This document shows, one piece after another, positions 14,286-26,959 of a stretch of 64,000 nucleotides of DNA; positions within the stretch are counted from its first letter, which is position 1, and each line of letters opens with the position of its first letter. A program made the translations under genes and the position numbers. Under the pieces are notes generated by a model. The model searched no databases. It saw only the letters and a list, made by a program, of their open reading frames with translations, and was not told the DNA's origin. The DNA comes from Camelus ferus (lineage: Eukaryota): NCBI RefSeq assembly GCF_009834535.1, contig NC_045696.1:73906001-73970000 (forward strand), in the 5' to 3' direction.

Positions 14286-14455
14286 GTAAGAAAAAAGATA
14301 TTTAAATATGTTTATGGTTTTTGACTAACCCTAGAAAAATTATTGAATATTTGACTTTTTGGTTAAATAACTGTAAAATTATAGCTACTAAATTATTAAA
14401 CTTAAAAAACTTTTCCTGGGTTTTTCAATACAAAGGCTTAGGATAAAATTTTTTT

Positions 14456-14628
14456 AATTGTTATTTTAAAATTTCATTTATTTTTAGGGGGGAGTTTATT
14501 AGGTTTGCTTATTTATTTGTTTATTTGTTTATTTATTTATTTATTTTTAGAGGAGGTACTGGGGATTGAACCCAGGACCTTGTGTATGCTAAGCATGTGC
14601 TTTACCACTTAAGCTATACCCTCTCCAC
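14456..14628 (-). mobile_element. tRNA-derived SINE of camelid type with (TTTA)n tail
   Basis: gaggtactggggattgaacccaggacct...accacttaagctataccc; imperfect TSD cttaggataaaatt / cttaggagaaatatt. Confidence 0.8.
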
Positions 14629-14812
14629 CTTAGGAGAAATATTTTTTATGGCTTATTAAGTATATATTGGTAATAAAAAGGTTTATGGCAAAAGAAAACT
14701 TTAAGTTATATGAAGAAATCTTAGGTTAAACTATTACTTGTTTGTTTGCATTAAATATATTTTAGACATGTTTTCCTCATAAATTTATTTTTTCGTCATA
14801 AATTCTCTATAG

Positions 14813-14945
14813 GTTATACAAAATTAAAAATCATAATCAGATTGTAAGAAAAAAATTAAAGCATATAACTGAGAAAACTATGTCTGTGGAGGAGAAAGCT
14901 ACTAACTTGGAAGACATGCTAAGGGAGGAGGAAAGAGGTGTAAAG
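14813..14945 (+). CDS. CCDC39: CCDC39 exon 9 (LYKIKNHNQ...[14 protein letters not shown]...GVK)
   Basis: ag|G...AAG|gtaagg; 133 bp. Confidence 0.95.
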
Positions 14946-16659
14946 GTAAGGTTTTTAAAAAATTACAGCAAATTTAGCAATAGTGACTTAACTAGACTCT
15001 TGATCAGAGGAGTAGGAGGTCTTTTAAGAGGCTCCAATTTCTGGTGTGATCACATTTGTAATCAGATTGTTGAGTTGTTGGACCCCTTTTTTAATCTTAA
15101 GCTCCTAATTCTCTGTTCTCTTCACTTTCAGCCTTTAACTTTGATGTCTTCTTTTAAAGGTAGCCCCTCTATCTTAGATTCTCTGCCTTCTCAATTCTTA
15201 CTGTGTCCCTATTCCTGTTTGCCATTCATACAGATAGTCTTATATTGCAAATATACCTTGAAAAGTGCCTTTGTTTTACAACTGATTATCTTCATTTTTG
15301 TTTGTTTGTGATCAGATTCCCAGCAATGGTCTACATTCATTACTTCTTCATCATCTATCTCTTGAACCTCTTACATTCTTCTACCATTTATTGGTAAATG
15401 GGCTTTTAAGTGCTAACATTTCACTCACTTCACTGGCATCCCCCTTCTACCTTCATCTCTGTCATTCTGGTGGCATTAAAGCCAACTTTTGAGGAACTGG
15501 AAAAGGCTGGTTCACCATTTCCTCTTTGAAAACTTCAGATTGACTTGTGTGACCTATCACTGTAGGTACTACTTCTTGCTTTTACTCTTTTTTGGAAGGG
15601 GGAAGAGGAGGGGCAGCTGAAGGTGGTGGCAAAATCCTCCATTTGTTGAGGCTTATGTCAAGTATGGTTTCACTTATATTTGGATAGAATCCAGCTTCCT
15701 CAGTGTGCTGTTGTGTATGTATAAAATTCCTGAGTAATGAAGCCAGTGCAACAATCTTTTTTTTTCCCTTTTCAGTTTTATTAGGTAGAATTATTACAGT
15801 TTGACTGCACATATACATTATATTACATTTAAATACATATATACAGTATACTGCACATCCATGCAATAATCTTGACTTGAGTGGTATTTGAGTTCAAATC
15901 ATACAACATTATTTTTTAAAAATTATGGCTTTTTCTCCCCTTAAGACCATGATTTTCTGTAGCACATGAAATGGGAGGGTGTTAGGACTTATTAGAAATA
16001 TTTTGTAAAGACCATGAAATTTATATGAAATAGACCTTCTGATGACAGAATTAAAAACTAGTGATTTTTTACAGAAATTAGCTGAATTAGAAAAATATTA
16101 GATTGGTAGCATGTGAACTGATTGTGCCCTAATAGGGTTGTACTCATAATCTTGTAGCTGTCGATTTTGATTGGAAAAAATCCCAAGCTTGTTTTGGAGA
16201 TGTGCTATGTTATTCACCATCAATCACCAACTGTAAAACTGCCAGGCAATCTTTCAGAAGGTCTTAAACTCAATGAAAATTGTCTATTATATGACAAGTA
16301 ATGTATTTCACAAGATTAGATCAGATTATATTTCTTGATTGGTGAAAACCTAAATGTGCCAATCACAGACTTCTTTTGTTTCATGTTGAGGTACATTGGT
16401 TGGCAAAGGGAATTATTCTTATCTGGGTATAAGTGCACAGAGGAAACTTACTCCAACATTTTAGAATGATAGCTTTCAATAGATCTTGGCATGGGAGGTC
16501 TACCTGAAGCCTGGAATACACTGATGTGATGTCTTGAGGTCAAAATAGGCTTGCCTCCTGAAAAAGGAGCAGTGGGAATGGGGGACTGGTTTTTATCTCC
16601 TAGAGAGCTGCACATGTAGGGAGGGCAGCTACAGGCAAGGTGTGAGGAAGAGGCAGTGC

Positions 16660-17090
16660 CAGTAGTGTGTTAGGGCCAGCTCACACTGGCTCACAAGAGC
16701 TGATAGTTAAATTTTCTGAAATTTTATAAGTCAGCTGTTAACCATAACTACTACTAAAAGTTAAATTATATAGACTTACAATTAAATTACATTATAAACA
16801 AAAGTAATAAGTACTCAGCACATATCATTTTCAAATTATTTTACAACATTTTACAGTTACCTCTTCTCTTAAGACTACTCAAGATAACTAACATCTATTA
16901 TATCTGTATAGTAGAAACACTGCATAATGGTCTGCTAATGCATATCTCTTCCAAGTGCTGCATTTAGTGGAATAATGTTAATAATGTACTTAAAATTGGC
17001 CATAGTGGGACTATAAATAATCGTGGTAATCAGCCTCTTCCCCCTGCTTCCCACCAGAAGGCTGGTGGTTAAACATTTACCTGCCCACTG
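16660..17090. mobile_element. hAT DNA transposon remnant (MER63-like)
   Basis: cagtagtgtgttagggccagctcacactggctcacaagagc...ggtggttaaacatttacc...cactg. Confidence 0.6.
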
Positions 17091-17214
17091 GGTAGTGCCC
17101 AAAAGAAGGTGGGAAACTGGGTGATGTGATTTCTTCCCTTGACACTCTTAAGACTTTATTAAACTTTGTGAACTTATAAGCTGTGTCTCTAGTGTATTTA
17201 TTTATCTAGCACTC

Positions 17215-20200
17215 TTTTTTATTGAAATATAGTCAATTTACACTGTGTCAGTTTCTGGGGTACAGCATAATGTTTCAGTCATGCATATATATACATATAT
17301 TTGTTTTAATACTCTTTTTCATTATTTTTAATTATAGGTTCATGTATTCATATATTTTTTATTTTAGGTTACTATTAGATATTGAATATAGTTCCCTGTG
17401 CTGTACAGTAAAAACTTGTTGTTTATCTATTTTATATATAGTAGTTAGTATCTGCAAGTCTGGAACTCCTGATTTATCTCTTCTCCACCCCCTTTACTCC
17501 CTGGTAATCATAAGTTTGTTCTCTATGTCTGTGAGTTTGTTTCTGTTTTGTAAATAAGTTCAGTTGTGTCTTTTTTTTTTTTTTTTTTTTTTAAGATTCC
17601 TCATATAAGTGATACATTTTGTATTTTTCTTTTTCTTTCTGGCTTACTTCACTTAGAATGATGATCTCTAGGTCTATCCCTGTAGCTGCAAATGGCATTA
17701 TTTTATTCTTTTTTATGGCTAAATAGTATTACATTGTATATATGTACCACATCTTTTTTATCCATTTGTGTATCAGTGGACATTTAGGTTGTTTCCATTT
17801 CTTGGCTGTTGCAAATAATGCTGCTGTGAACACTGGGGTACATGTGTCTTTTCGAATTATAGTTTTCTTTTGATATATGCCCAGGAGTGGGATTGCTGGA
17901 TCATATGGTAAGTCTATTTTCAGTTTTTTAAGGAACCTCCATATTGTCCTCCATAGTGGTTGCACCAATTTACATTCCCACCAACATTGTAGGAGGGTTC
18001 CTTTTTCTCCACACCATCTCCAGCATTTATTATTTGTAGACTTTTTCATGATGACCATTCTGACTGTTGTGAGGTGATACCTCATTGTGGCTTTGATTTG
18101 CATTTCTCTAATAATTAGCATTGTTGAGCATCTTTTCATGTGCCTGTTTGCTGTCTGTATGTCTTCTTTGGGAAAATGTCTATTAGGTGTTCTGCCCTTT
18201 GTTTTGATTGGGTTGCTTGGTTTTTTTTATATTAAGCTGTATGAGCTGTTTATATATTTTGGAAATTAGTCCCTTGTTGGTCACATCATTTGCAAATATT
18301 TTCTCCTATTCTGTAGGTTGTCTTTTCATTTTGATGATGGTATCATATCCTTAGCTGTGCAAAAGCTTGTAAGTTTGATTATGTCCCATTTGTTTATTTT
18401 TGCTTATATTTCCATTACTCTAGGAACTGGTTCAAAAAGAATATTGCTGTGATTTATGTCAAAGAGTGTTCTGCCTATGTTTTCCTCTAGGAGTTTTATA
18501 GTATTTGGTATTACATTTAGGTCTTTAATCCATTTTGAGTTTATTTTTGTATATGGTGTTAGAGAATGCTCTAATTTCATCCTTTTACATGTAGCTGTCC
18601 AGTTTTCCCAGCACCACTTGTTGAAGAGACTGTCTTTTCTCCACTGTATATTCTTGTCTCCTTTGTTGTAGATTAATTGACTAAAAGTGTGTGTGTTTAT
18701 TCTGGGCTTTCTATCCTGTTCCATTGATTTATGTGTCTGTTTTTGTGCCAGTACCATACTCTTTTGATTACTGTAGCTTTATAGTATAGTCTGAAGTCAG
18801 GGAGCATGACTCCTCCAGCTCTCTTCTTTCTCAAGATTGTTTTGGCTATTCAGGGTCTTTTGTGTTTTCACACAAATTTTAACATTTTTTGTTCCAGTTT
18901 GGTCAAAAATATCATTGGTAATTTGATAGGGATTGTATATTGCCTTGGATAGTATGGCCTATTTTAACAATATAGTTTTTGAAGTACAGATTCTTTGTCT
19001 CCTTACATAGATTTATTCCTAGGTATTATATTCTTTTTGATGTGATGGTAAATGGGATTGTTTTCTTAATTTCTTTATCTGATGTTTTGTTGTTAGTGTA
19101 TAGAAATGCAACTGATTTATGTATATTAATTTTTTATCCTGCAACTTTACCAGATTCATTGATGAACTCTAGTAGTTTTCATGGTTGCATCTTTAAGATT
19201 TCCTATGTATAGTATCATGTCATTGGCAAACAGTGACAGTTTTACTTCTTCTTTTCCAATTTGGATTCCTTTCATTTCTTTTTCTTCTCTGATTTCTGTG
19301 GCTAGAACTTCCAAAACTATGTTGAATAGAATAAAAGTGGTGAGAGTGGGCATCTTTGTCTTGTTCCTGATCTCAGAGAAAATGCTTTCCGCTTTTTACC
19401 ATTGAGTATGATGTTAGCTTTGGGTTTGTCATATATGGCCTTTATTATGTTGAGGTATGTTCTATCTGTGCCCACTTTCTGGAGAGTTTTTATCATAAAT
19501 AGATATTGAATTTTATCAAAAGCTTTTTCTTCATCTATTGAGATGATCATATGGTTTTATTCATATGGTTATGTTTCTCGACCTTGGAGAGGTGGCCTTC
19601 TGTGGGAGAAGTCCTGTGCATCCCAGCAGTGCACTCCCCTGTCACCCAAGGGCCAGGGCCCAGTTTGTCCCAGGGTAGAATCTGGCCTGCTATTACAGAC
19701 TCCTTCCACAGGCTGTGGGGCTGTTGTTTTCTTACTTATGTTATTGGCCTCCTGGTGAGTAAGGCTGGGCTAGAGGCTTGTACAGGTTTCCTGGCAGGAG
19801 GGGTTGGTGCCTGCCCCCTGCTGGGTGGAGCTGGATCCTTGTCCTCTGGTGGGCAGGGTTGTGTCTAGGGGAGTGTCTAGAGGTGGCTGTGGGCTCAGGA
19901 AGTCGGCTGATGGGTGGGGCTGCATTCCTACTGAGTATGCTGTTTGGCCTGAGGTTTCCCAGGTACTTAAGCCTACAGGTTGTTGGGTGGGGCTAAGTCT
20001 TGGCACCAATGACCTAAACAAAAATGTCAGCCTCCAGGAAAGCTTGTGTAGATGAACACTACCTGAATGTCCGCCACCAGCATTTATGTCCCCAGGGTGA
20101 GCCACAGCCACCCTCTACCTCCCCAAGAGAACTTCCAAAACTAGCAGGCAGGTCTGGACCAGGTTCCTATAGAATCACTGCTTTTGCCCTTGGCCCAGTG

Positions 20201-20635
20201 CATGCAAAATTCTGTGTGCACTTGCAAAGTGGGTGAAGTCTCTTTATCCTCCATTGCCATGGTGCTCCTGCAATTAAGCCCCATTGACCTTCACAACTGG
20301 ATGTTCTGAGGACTCCTCACAATGCCAGAACCCTGGGCTGGAGAGCCTGACATGAGGTTCAGAACTCTCACTCTTCTGGGAGGGGCTCTGCAATATAATT
20401 TTCTCCAGCTTGTAGGTCGCCCACCCAGGGATAGGGGACCCAGTTATATCATGAATGCACCCCCTACTGCCATCCCCTTGTGGTTCCCTCTTTACATTTC
20501 CAGTTGAAGGAGATCTTTTTTGCTAGGTTCCAGTCTTTTTAATCAATGATTATTTAGCAGTCAGCTGTGATTTTGTTGTGATCATGAGAGTAGGTGAGCT
20601 TGTGGTCCTAATACTTTTCCATCTTGACCAGAAAA
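17215..20635 (-). mobile_element. LINE-1, internally deleted (5'UTR joined to the ORF2 RT/C-terminal part and 3'UTR)
   Basis: Minus-strand ORF fragments with ORF2p motifs ([48 protein letters not shown]); GC-rich 5'UTR-like 19570-20635; T-rich tail at ~17215. Confidence 0.9.
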
Positions 20636-20940
20636 ATCCTCCAGTATATTCTATGTTCTAGGGAAACCACTGGAATAGCCAAGTTCTAAGGCTAAGGTGA
20701 CATAGAACAGAGTTAAGATGACAGATCAAGGTACAAGCTACAGGAACAGAAAACTGCTATTCTAGTCTACTAGATTAGAGTATCCTACAAGCAATGTTGG
20801 GAATTTGTTGAAGTTGTGGGAAGGGCTAAAATGGGGGCCTTTGAGCCCCCCATTTTAAGAGCCCACAAATTATAATGTTCAGGCAATAAAACATTTCAAG
20901 GTATTATAATTTCATTAATCACTTTTATTCTTATCATCAG

Positions 20941-21135
20941 GAAGTAGAAGTTCAATTGAACATAGTGAAAGATGTGTTATTTAAGAAAGTCCAGGAACTA
21001 CAGGCGGAGACAATGAAAGAAAAAGCTGTTGTATCTGAAATTGAAGGAACCCGTTCCTCTCTAAAGCACCTCAACCATCAGTTACATAAACTGGACTTTG
21101 AAACCTTGAAGCAGCAAGAAATTATGTACAGTCAG
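20941..21135 (+). CDS. CCDC39: CCDC39 exon 10 ([10 protein letters not shown]...QQEIMYSQ)
   Basis: ag|GAA...CAG|gtagat; 195 bp. Confidence 0.96.
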
Positions 21136-22080
21136 GTAGATGTTACACTTATGAATATTTTCCAGATTAATTTGTTATCATTGTGACAGTCAAGATACTG
21201 CAGTGTCCTAAGGAAACAAAGATTTCTAAGAACTCTTGAGGGGATAGATGGATGCCGAAGATGGGCTATCATGTTAGGTCAGTAGCTGGGTGAGGGAGCC
21301 TTAGAAACTATTTTTCTCTCAATCTGAAATGAACAGATAAGAGGATAGACAACTCTAGTAGGGAAGAGCCATGCTTTAAAGGAATCTTGGAGCAACTGGA
21401 TCTCTAGCAAAACAAAACAAGGAGTGAAATATCTGAAACCTAGAAAAACTATGATTCTTAGTTATGCAGACATTGGCTTCCCCACCCCAACCTGTGGACC
21501 AATAGGTTAAAAATATTTTTTAAGTTTTTCCTTATTTGTTCTGTTTATATATTCTGCCTTACATTACTTTCTTAATGTCTTCCTTGTCTACATCTTAATT
21601 TCCCTGTCTGATATATTAGTTTCTCAAAATTACAGATGCTAATATGTAATTTTAAAAATAACTCATTAGAAGTTCATCAGATTTGTTAGGCCTTTCACTC
21701 CTAACAGTCTGTGACTTTATCTTTTTTACACCCCTTAGAAAATGTCCCATCAAAAATCGATGTCTGTGTAAATTCAGTGGATTCACTGAGGTTCCATCAT
21801 GGTAGGATGATAAATACCTACTTAGCTGCTTTGTTATATTTTCAGAAGATTATTTCTGTGTCATTGTCATGTACCCTGGCTCTTGAAGACTAGTTTGTTG
21901 TTTTACCCTTTAGACTAAGAAGGATTTCATCCTGTAAATTACTGAAGGTTTAAAGTGACTTTAGTAAATGATGACATCAGGCCAAACTCATATAAGAAAG
22001 TATTTTTACAGTGTTTTTGCGTTTGTAGAAATGATTTTAACTGTTTTTCCTTACTAACTTATTTTTTAAAACTGTAACAG

Positions 22081-22245
22081 GATTTTTACATTCAACAAGT
22101 GGAACGCCGAATGTCACGGTTAAAGGGAGAAATTAATTCAGAAGAAAAACAAGCACTTGAAACAAAAATTGTTGAACTTAAAAAGACATTGGAAGAGAAA
22201 AAATCTACAGTTAGCCTTTTGGAAACAGAGATCAAGAAGCTTCAT
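22081..22245 (+). CDS. CCDC39: CCDC39 exon 11 ([17 protein letters not shown]...IKKLH)
   Basis: ag|GAT...CAT|gtaact; 165 bp. Confidence 0.95.
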
Positions 22246-24159
22246 GTAACTTACATTTTATGCTTCATATATTCTATCATTAGTCATTCTGTTTTAAAGT
22301 TGACATGTTCATAGGACTTTACTTTGGACAGGATGACTGCCAAGCTACCCACATATATAAAAAATGTATGAACTAATGTTCATATTTCTATACTGACTAA
22401 GAGAATGAAACATTACCATTCATTACGTATTTACTATATGCTAAATATGTCTTTAGCATTTTATTTCATTTAATCCTTATAGATGTCTTGTGAGAAAGAA
22501 TTTATTACTTGTTTTACAGATTAAGTAACTTGTACATGATTACACAGCTACCTCATGGAGAGCTAGGATTTGATCCCTAATTCATGTGACTTAAAAATAC
22601 TCTTAAATAGTATGATTTTAAAAATTGATAAATTCCAGTTTTATATTATGTATCTACTATAATAACTTGATTGCCCTTTATCTTTGAAATGACACCTAAA
22701 AGAAGCTGCTCTTTTATGGGTCATCTATTGTTGTTATCCAAATATTTACTTAGTTAAAATATTTCAGATGACTCAATATTGTTAATAAGATGAAAATGTT
22801 CATCATCTTTAGGTATTTTAATATGTTTATGGCAATATAAAACCTATATTAGGGGAACCTGTGTAATATAGAACCTATGTTAAAGTTTAACTGAAAAGTA
22901 AGAGTGAAGGAGTGAGCATGGACCTAAATGTGGGGAAAACTCCAAAGGGTTTAGATGTTAAAACAGCTGGAAAGGCTAGTGATGAGTGTCCTCTAGTGGT
23001 TACAGAAAGAATTGCCCTGAACTCCTTTAGGGCTAAAAGGTGAAAGGGCTCAGCTATTGCTTTTTAAAATTAAAAAAACAATAATAATAAATTTTAAGAT
23101 GACAAAATATTGGCTTGGAGTAGTTTGGGCCTGATGAAATTTTAGAAAACCTGCTTCTTGTGGTTTAATGGAAAAGAGCACATGTTTTGGAATTAGAACT
23201 GGTTTTGAATGTCAAGGTTATACTACTACTGCTATTTTACTTTTTCTGAGTCCTAGTATTCATTTTAAAATAGAAAACAATATTTAATATTATTTTAGGG
23301 CACTTGGCATTAGAAGCATTGTATATCTTAATATAGTACTTTTAGTAGGTACTCAATAAATGTTTTTAAAATTTCATAGAATATGAGAATATTAGTGCTG
23401 CAGAATGATAGGAGGATGACATTTGTATCTGAACATGTTTTTTAACCCCGACCTGAATTATGTCTGTTTTGCTTTGTGGGGATGCTTCCAGTGTTCCCCC
23501 TTTTAACTACCGTGGGGCTCTGTCCATTATGCAGTAGGCTAGTACTAATGCCTATCTCAGCTCTGGTTTTGATAGAGAGAGAAAGTGAATGGAAATGCAG
23601 TGAATTTTTGAAGATATTAAAGCTAGTTAACCTGCTAATGAAGGTTTTCTCTTCTCAGTAGTAGCATCAGATTGTAAAGTCATTCTGTATTCAGTCTCTC
23701 ATTCCACTCCATCTCTTATTTTCCTTAATAGAAACAAATTACTTCAGGTTGGAAATTATCTCAAATTAGAATTTTCTTTCTGAAAGTTAATTTTATAAAA
23801 TCATTCCTTTATGTAAAAATATTCTTACTGCCCTGCATCAGTCTTAGGTCCTGATACATCAGAGAAGTACAAGCAATGAGAATGACAGAGGAGGGAGGAA
23901 GGGAGGGAAACAGGAAGACAGAAGGAGAGGAGAGGGATAGGTCTTGGCACTAGAAAATTTTTGTTTTAGGTACCCTAAGAGGGACTAACAGAGGACAAGG
24001 AGCACAAACCTTGTTCTGGTTTTGCGTTGGAGGGAGGGTTCCAATTGGTATAAAGCTAGAAAACTGGAATCTGAGTATGTATGACCCATCTACGCATCCG
24101 ATGGAGTTACATCCTATTTAGCATTTTTCTCTCCAGCAATATGTGATTAGATATGTAAT

Positions 24160-24360
24160 AATAATAATAAGACATGGCGTTTCTACATGTCAAACATTGT
24201 TGTACATACTCTTTGACAGTAACTTCTTTAACCATCACAACAGCCCAGGTAGGTAGGTATTGTTATTATCTCCATTTTAGAAATGAGGAAACGGAGGAAG
24301 AGGAGGTTGCCCCCCAGGATCAGATGGCTAATACGTAACTAAGACAGTCTGATTCCAGAG
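24160..24360 (-). mobile_element. MIR SINE remnant
   Basis: catcacaacagccc...aggtattgttattatctccattttagaaatgaggaaacggagg. Confidence 0.7.
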
Positions 24361-24762
24361 CTTATAGTTAACCAAGAACCTGAGCTTTCTCACACTGTAA
24401 ATGTTTTTACCTTCTGGGACATGGGTTGAATCAAATAATGAACCCTAGAAGGTGAACCATCTATTGAACCAAAGCTTGAGATCCTCTCCCACCTATTTCT
24501 CCTCATAAGTAGCAGTCACTTAATAATTCAGTTTTAACTGTAAGCATACGTAATATTTCCTAGAATTATTGAATTCAAAGTAAACCCAAACATCAATAGA
24601 TAATTATATCAGAGACATTACAGCATGAAGGGTGAAATTTAAAAATTTGATTATTAGAAGTATTTAATAGAATATATAACTTAATGTAAGACATGTTTAG
24701 TAGTATGTATTTAATATTGTTATTTAAAATATGTATTTATGTACCTTGTTTCCTTTTTACAG

Positions 24763-24900
24763 AATGATCTTTATTTTATCAAGAAGTCAAATAGTAAAAA
24801 TTGTGATGAAAAGCAGTCCCTCATGACCAAAATAAATGAATTGAACCTTTTCAATGACAGATCAGAGAAAGAACTTAATAAAGCCAAAGCTTTGAAACAG
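24763..24900 (+). CDS. CCDC39: CCDC39 exon 12 (NDLYFIKKS...KAKALKQ)
   Basis: ag|AAT...CAG|gtacaa; 138 bp. Confidence 0.95.
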
Positions 24901-25960
24901 GTACAATAAAATCATATGTATAAATACTATTAAAAAGCATATGTTTTCATGCTAATTGTAGAAAAAATTTTAAATATACCAAATTATAAAGAAGGAAATA
25001 AGTCACTATATCACTGTACACAAGATAAACAATGTTATAGTATATTATTTTCTTTCAATCTTTTGAAGAGAATTTGCTTTATGTATTGTATTTAAAACCT
25101 TAAAAATACATTGTACGTGTTTCCTAAACATTAAATATCTTCAAAGACTTCCTACAGTCCATTGCATAAAGTTACAATAATTTATTTAACCATCTCCTAT
25201 TTTTTGGATATATGTTTGTTACCATTGTTTGGCTCTTCTAAATAGTACTATCATGTACTATGCATATATTTTGTTGTACAGTTCTTCATGTAGTTCTTTA
25301 GGATAAATTTCCAGCTGTATAATTATGGTTCAAAAAGAATGAACATTTTTGGTGCCTTGAAACCATTTTCAAGCCAAGTTTCCCTCTGTAGGGTTCAGTT
25401 AATACTGCCACCAGCAGTATGTAAATTTTCTATTTTACTCACCACCACCAGGGCTGGGTATTATAATTTATAAAATTGTTGTCAATTTGATGGGCAAACA
25501 TGATATCTCATTGATTTTAGCCTGCACTGGTGACATTTTAAAACATCTAAAGTTTAAACATAAAATTTAAAATATTTATGTTTCAGTTAAAATGTTTGAA
25601 ACATTTTTTCTGTTATGTTCCATAATTTTTCTTTTGGATTTCTAGGTTTATTTTTTGGGCCCATATTTCTACTAGGAGGTTTATATTTTTAAATTGCTTT
25701 GCAAAAGATCTTTATGTGTAAAAATATTAACTCATAAATATTGTCAGTATTTGTCCCATTGTCTGTAAATTTTAATTCAGTTTTTTTGACATAGAAACTT
25801 TTTTTAATATCAAATATTTAAGTGTTTTTCCCTGTATAATTTTTATGCTTAGAAATGTCTTCATCACACGAAAACTCAAACAAATAGCAACTGTTTCTAG
25901 TAGCTGCATTGGCTTCATCTCTTATATTAAGTTTTTTAAATTGACCAGGAGTTTATTTTT

Positions 25961-26193
25961 AAATTATTATTATTATTATTTTGCATTTTTAAAATTTATT
26001 TATTATTTTTTAATTGAAGTATAGTCAGTTTACAATGTGTCAATTTCTGGTATACAGCATAATGTTTTCAGTCATACATGTACATGAATTATGTATTAAT
26101 TTGTTTTCATAATCTTTTTCATTATAAGTTACTACAAGATATTAAATATAGTTCCCTGTGCTGTACAGTAGAAACTTGTTTATCTGTTTTATT
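25961..26193 (-). mobile_element. Short 5'-truncated L1 3' end
   Basis: attgaagtatagtcagtttacaatg...atagttccctgtgctgtacag; perfect 13-bp TSD ggagtttattttt (25948-25960, 26194-26206). Confidence 0.85.
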
Positions 26194-26750
26194 GGAGTTT
26201 ATTTTTGGTACATATGAGATGTGGGGATCTAATCTTTTCTCCAACTGAAAGGCTATGTTTTTAAACAGTAAAATCTTATATTCTGGAGTATTTTTTCTAG
26301 GCTTTCTATTCTGAAAATTGATCTATTTGTGTATTCTTGCATCAATAGTCATGACTGAGTTGTTTTAAAATAAAAATTTATTTACACATTATTCTGTATG
26401 ATTTAGTTTAGAATATAAAAATCCTCATCCATAGGCCTGTATATATATTCTGGATATTGTAAGTTTCAATTTTAGGAATAACTTCTTACTTTTTTTAAGT
26501 AAAACTTGAATTTAAAATTTAATTTATAATAAAAGACTTGGAATAGCTGTAAACCCTTTTCTTATAATAAAAAGAAAAGAAAAACCAAGTCATGACTTGG
26601 AGCAATTTAAATTTAACCCTAATTAATATTTAGAAATTGGAAGAAATTGTATTTTCAGGTTTCACTTTTGTAGCAATAAAAAAGAAACACATTTTGGTTT
26701 AGGTGCACAAATGATTATATCAATAGCTGATGATTTTGTTATATTGTTAG

Positions 26751-26959
26751 GATCTGATGGTAGAAGACAATCTTTTAAAACTTGAAGTTAAACGTACTCG
26801 AGAAATGCTTCACAGTAAGGCAGAAGAAGTTCTTTCTCTGGAAAAAAGAAAGCAACAATTATACTCAGCTATGGAAGAACGGACTGAAGAAATTAAGGTT
26901 CACAAAACAATGCTTGCATCACAAATACGATATGTTGACCAAGAACGGCAAAACATAAG
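26751..26959 (+). CDS. CCDC39: CCDC39 exon 13 ([14 protein letters not shown]...DQERQNI)
   Basis: ag|GAT...AG|gtatta; 209 bp, ends phase 2. Confidence 0.96.

Noticed and set aside
19543..20507. Cluster of overlapping GC-rich ORFs
   Set aside because: They lie in the L1 5'UTR-like segment; there is no recognisable protein or splice structure.
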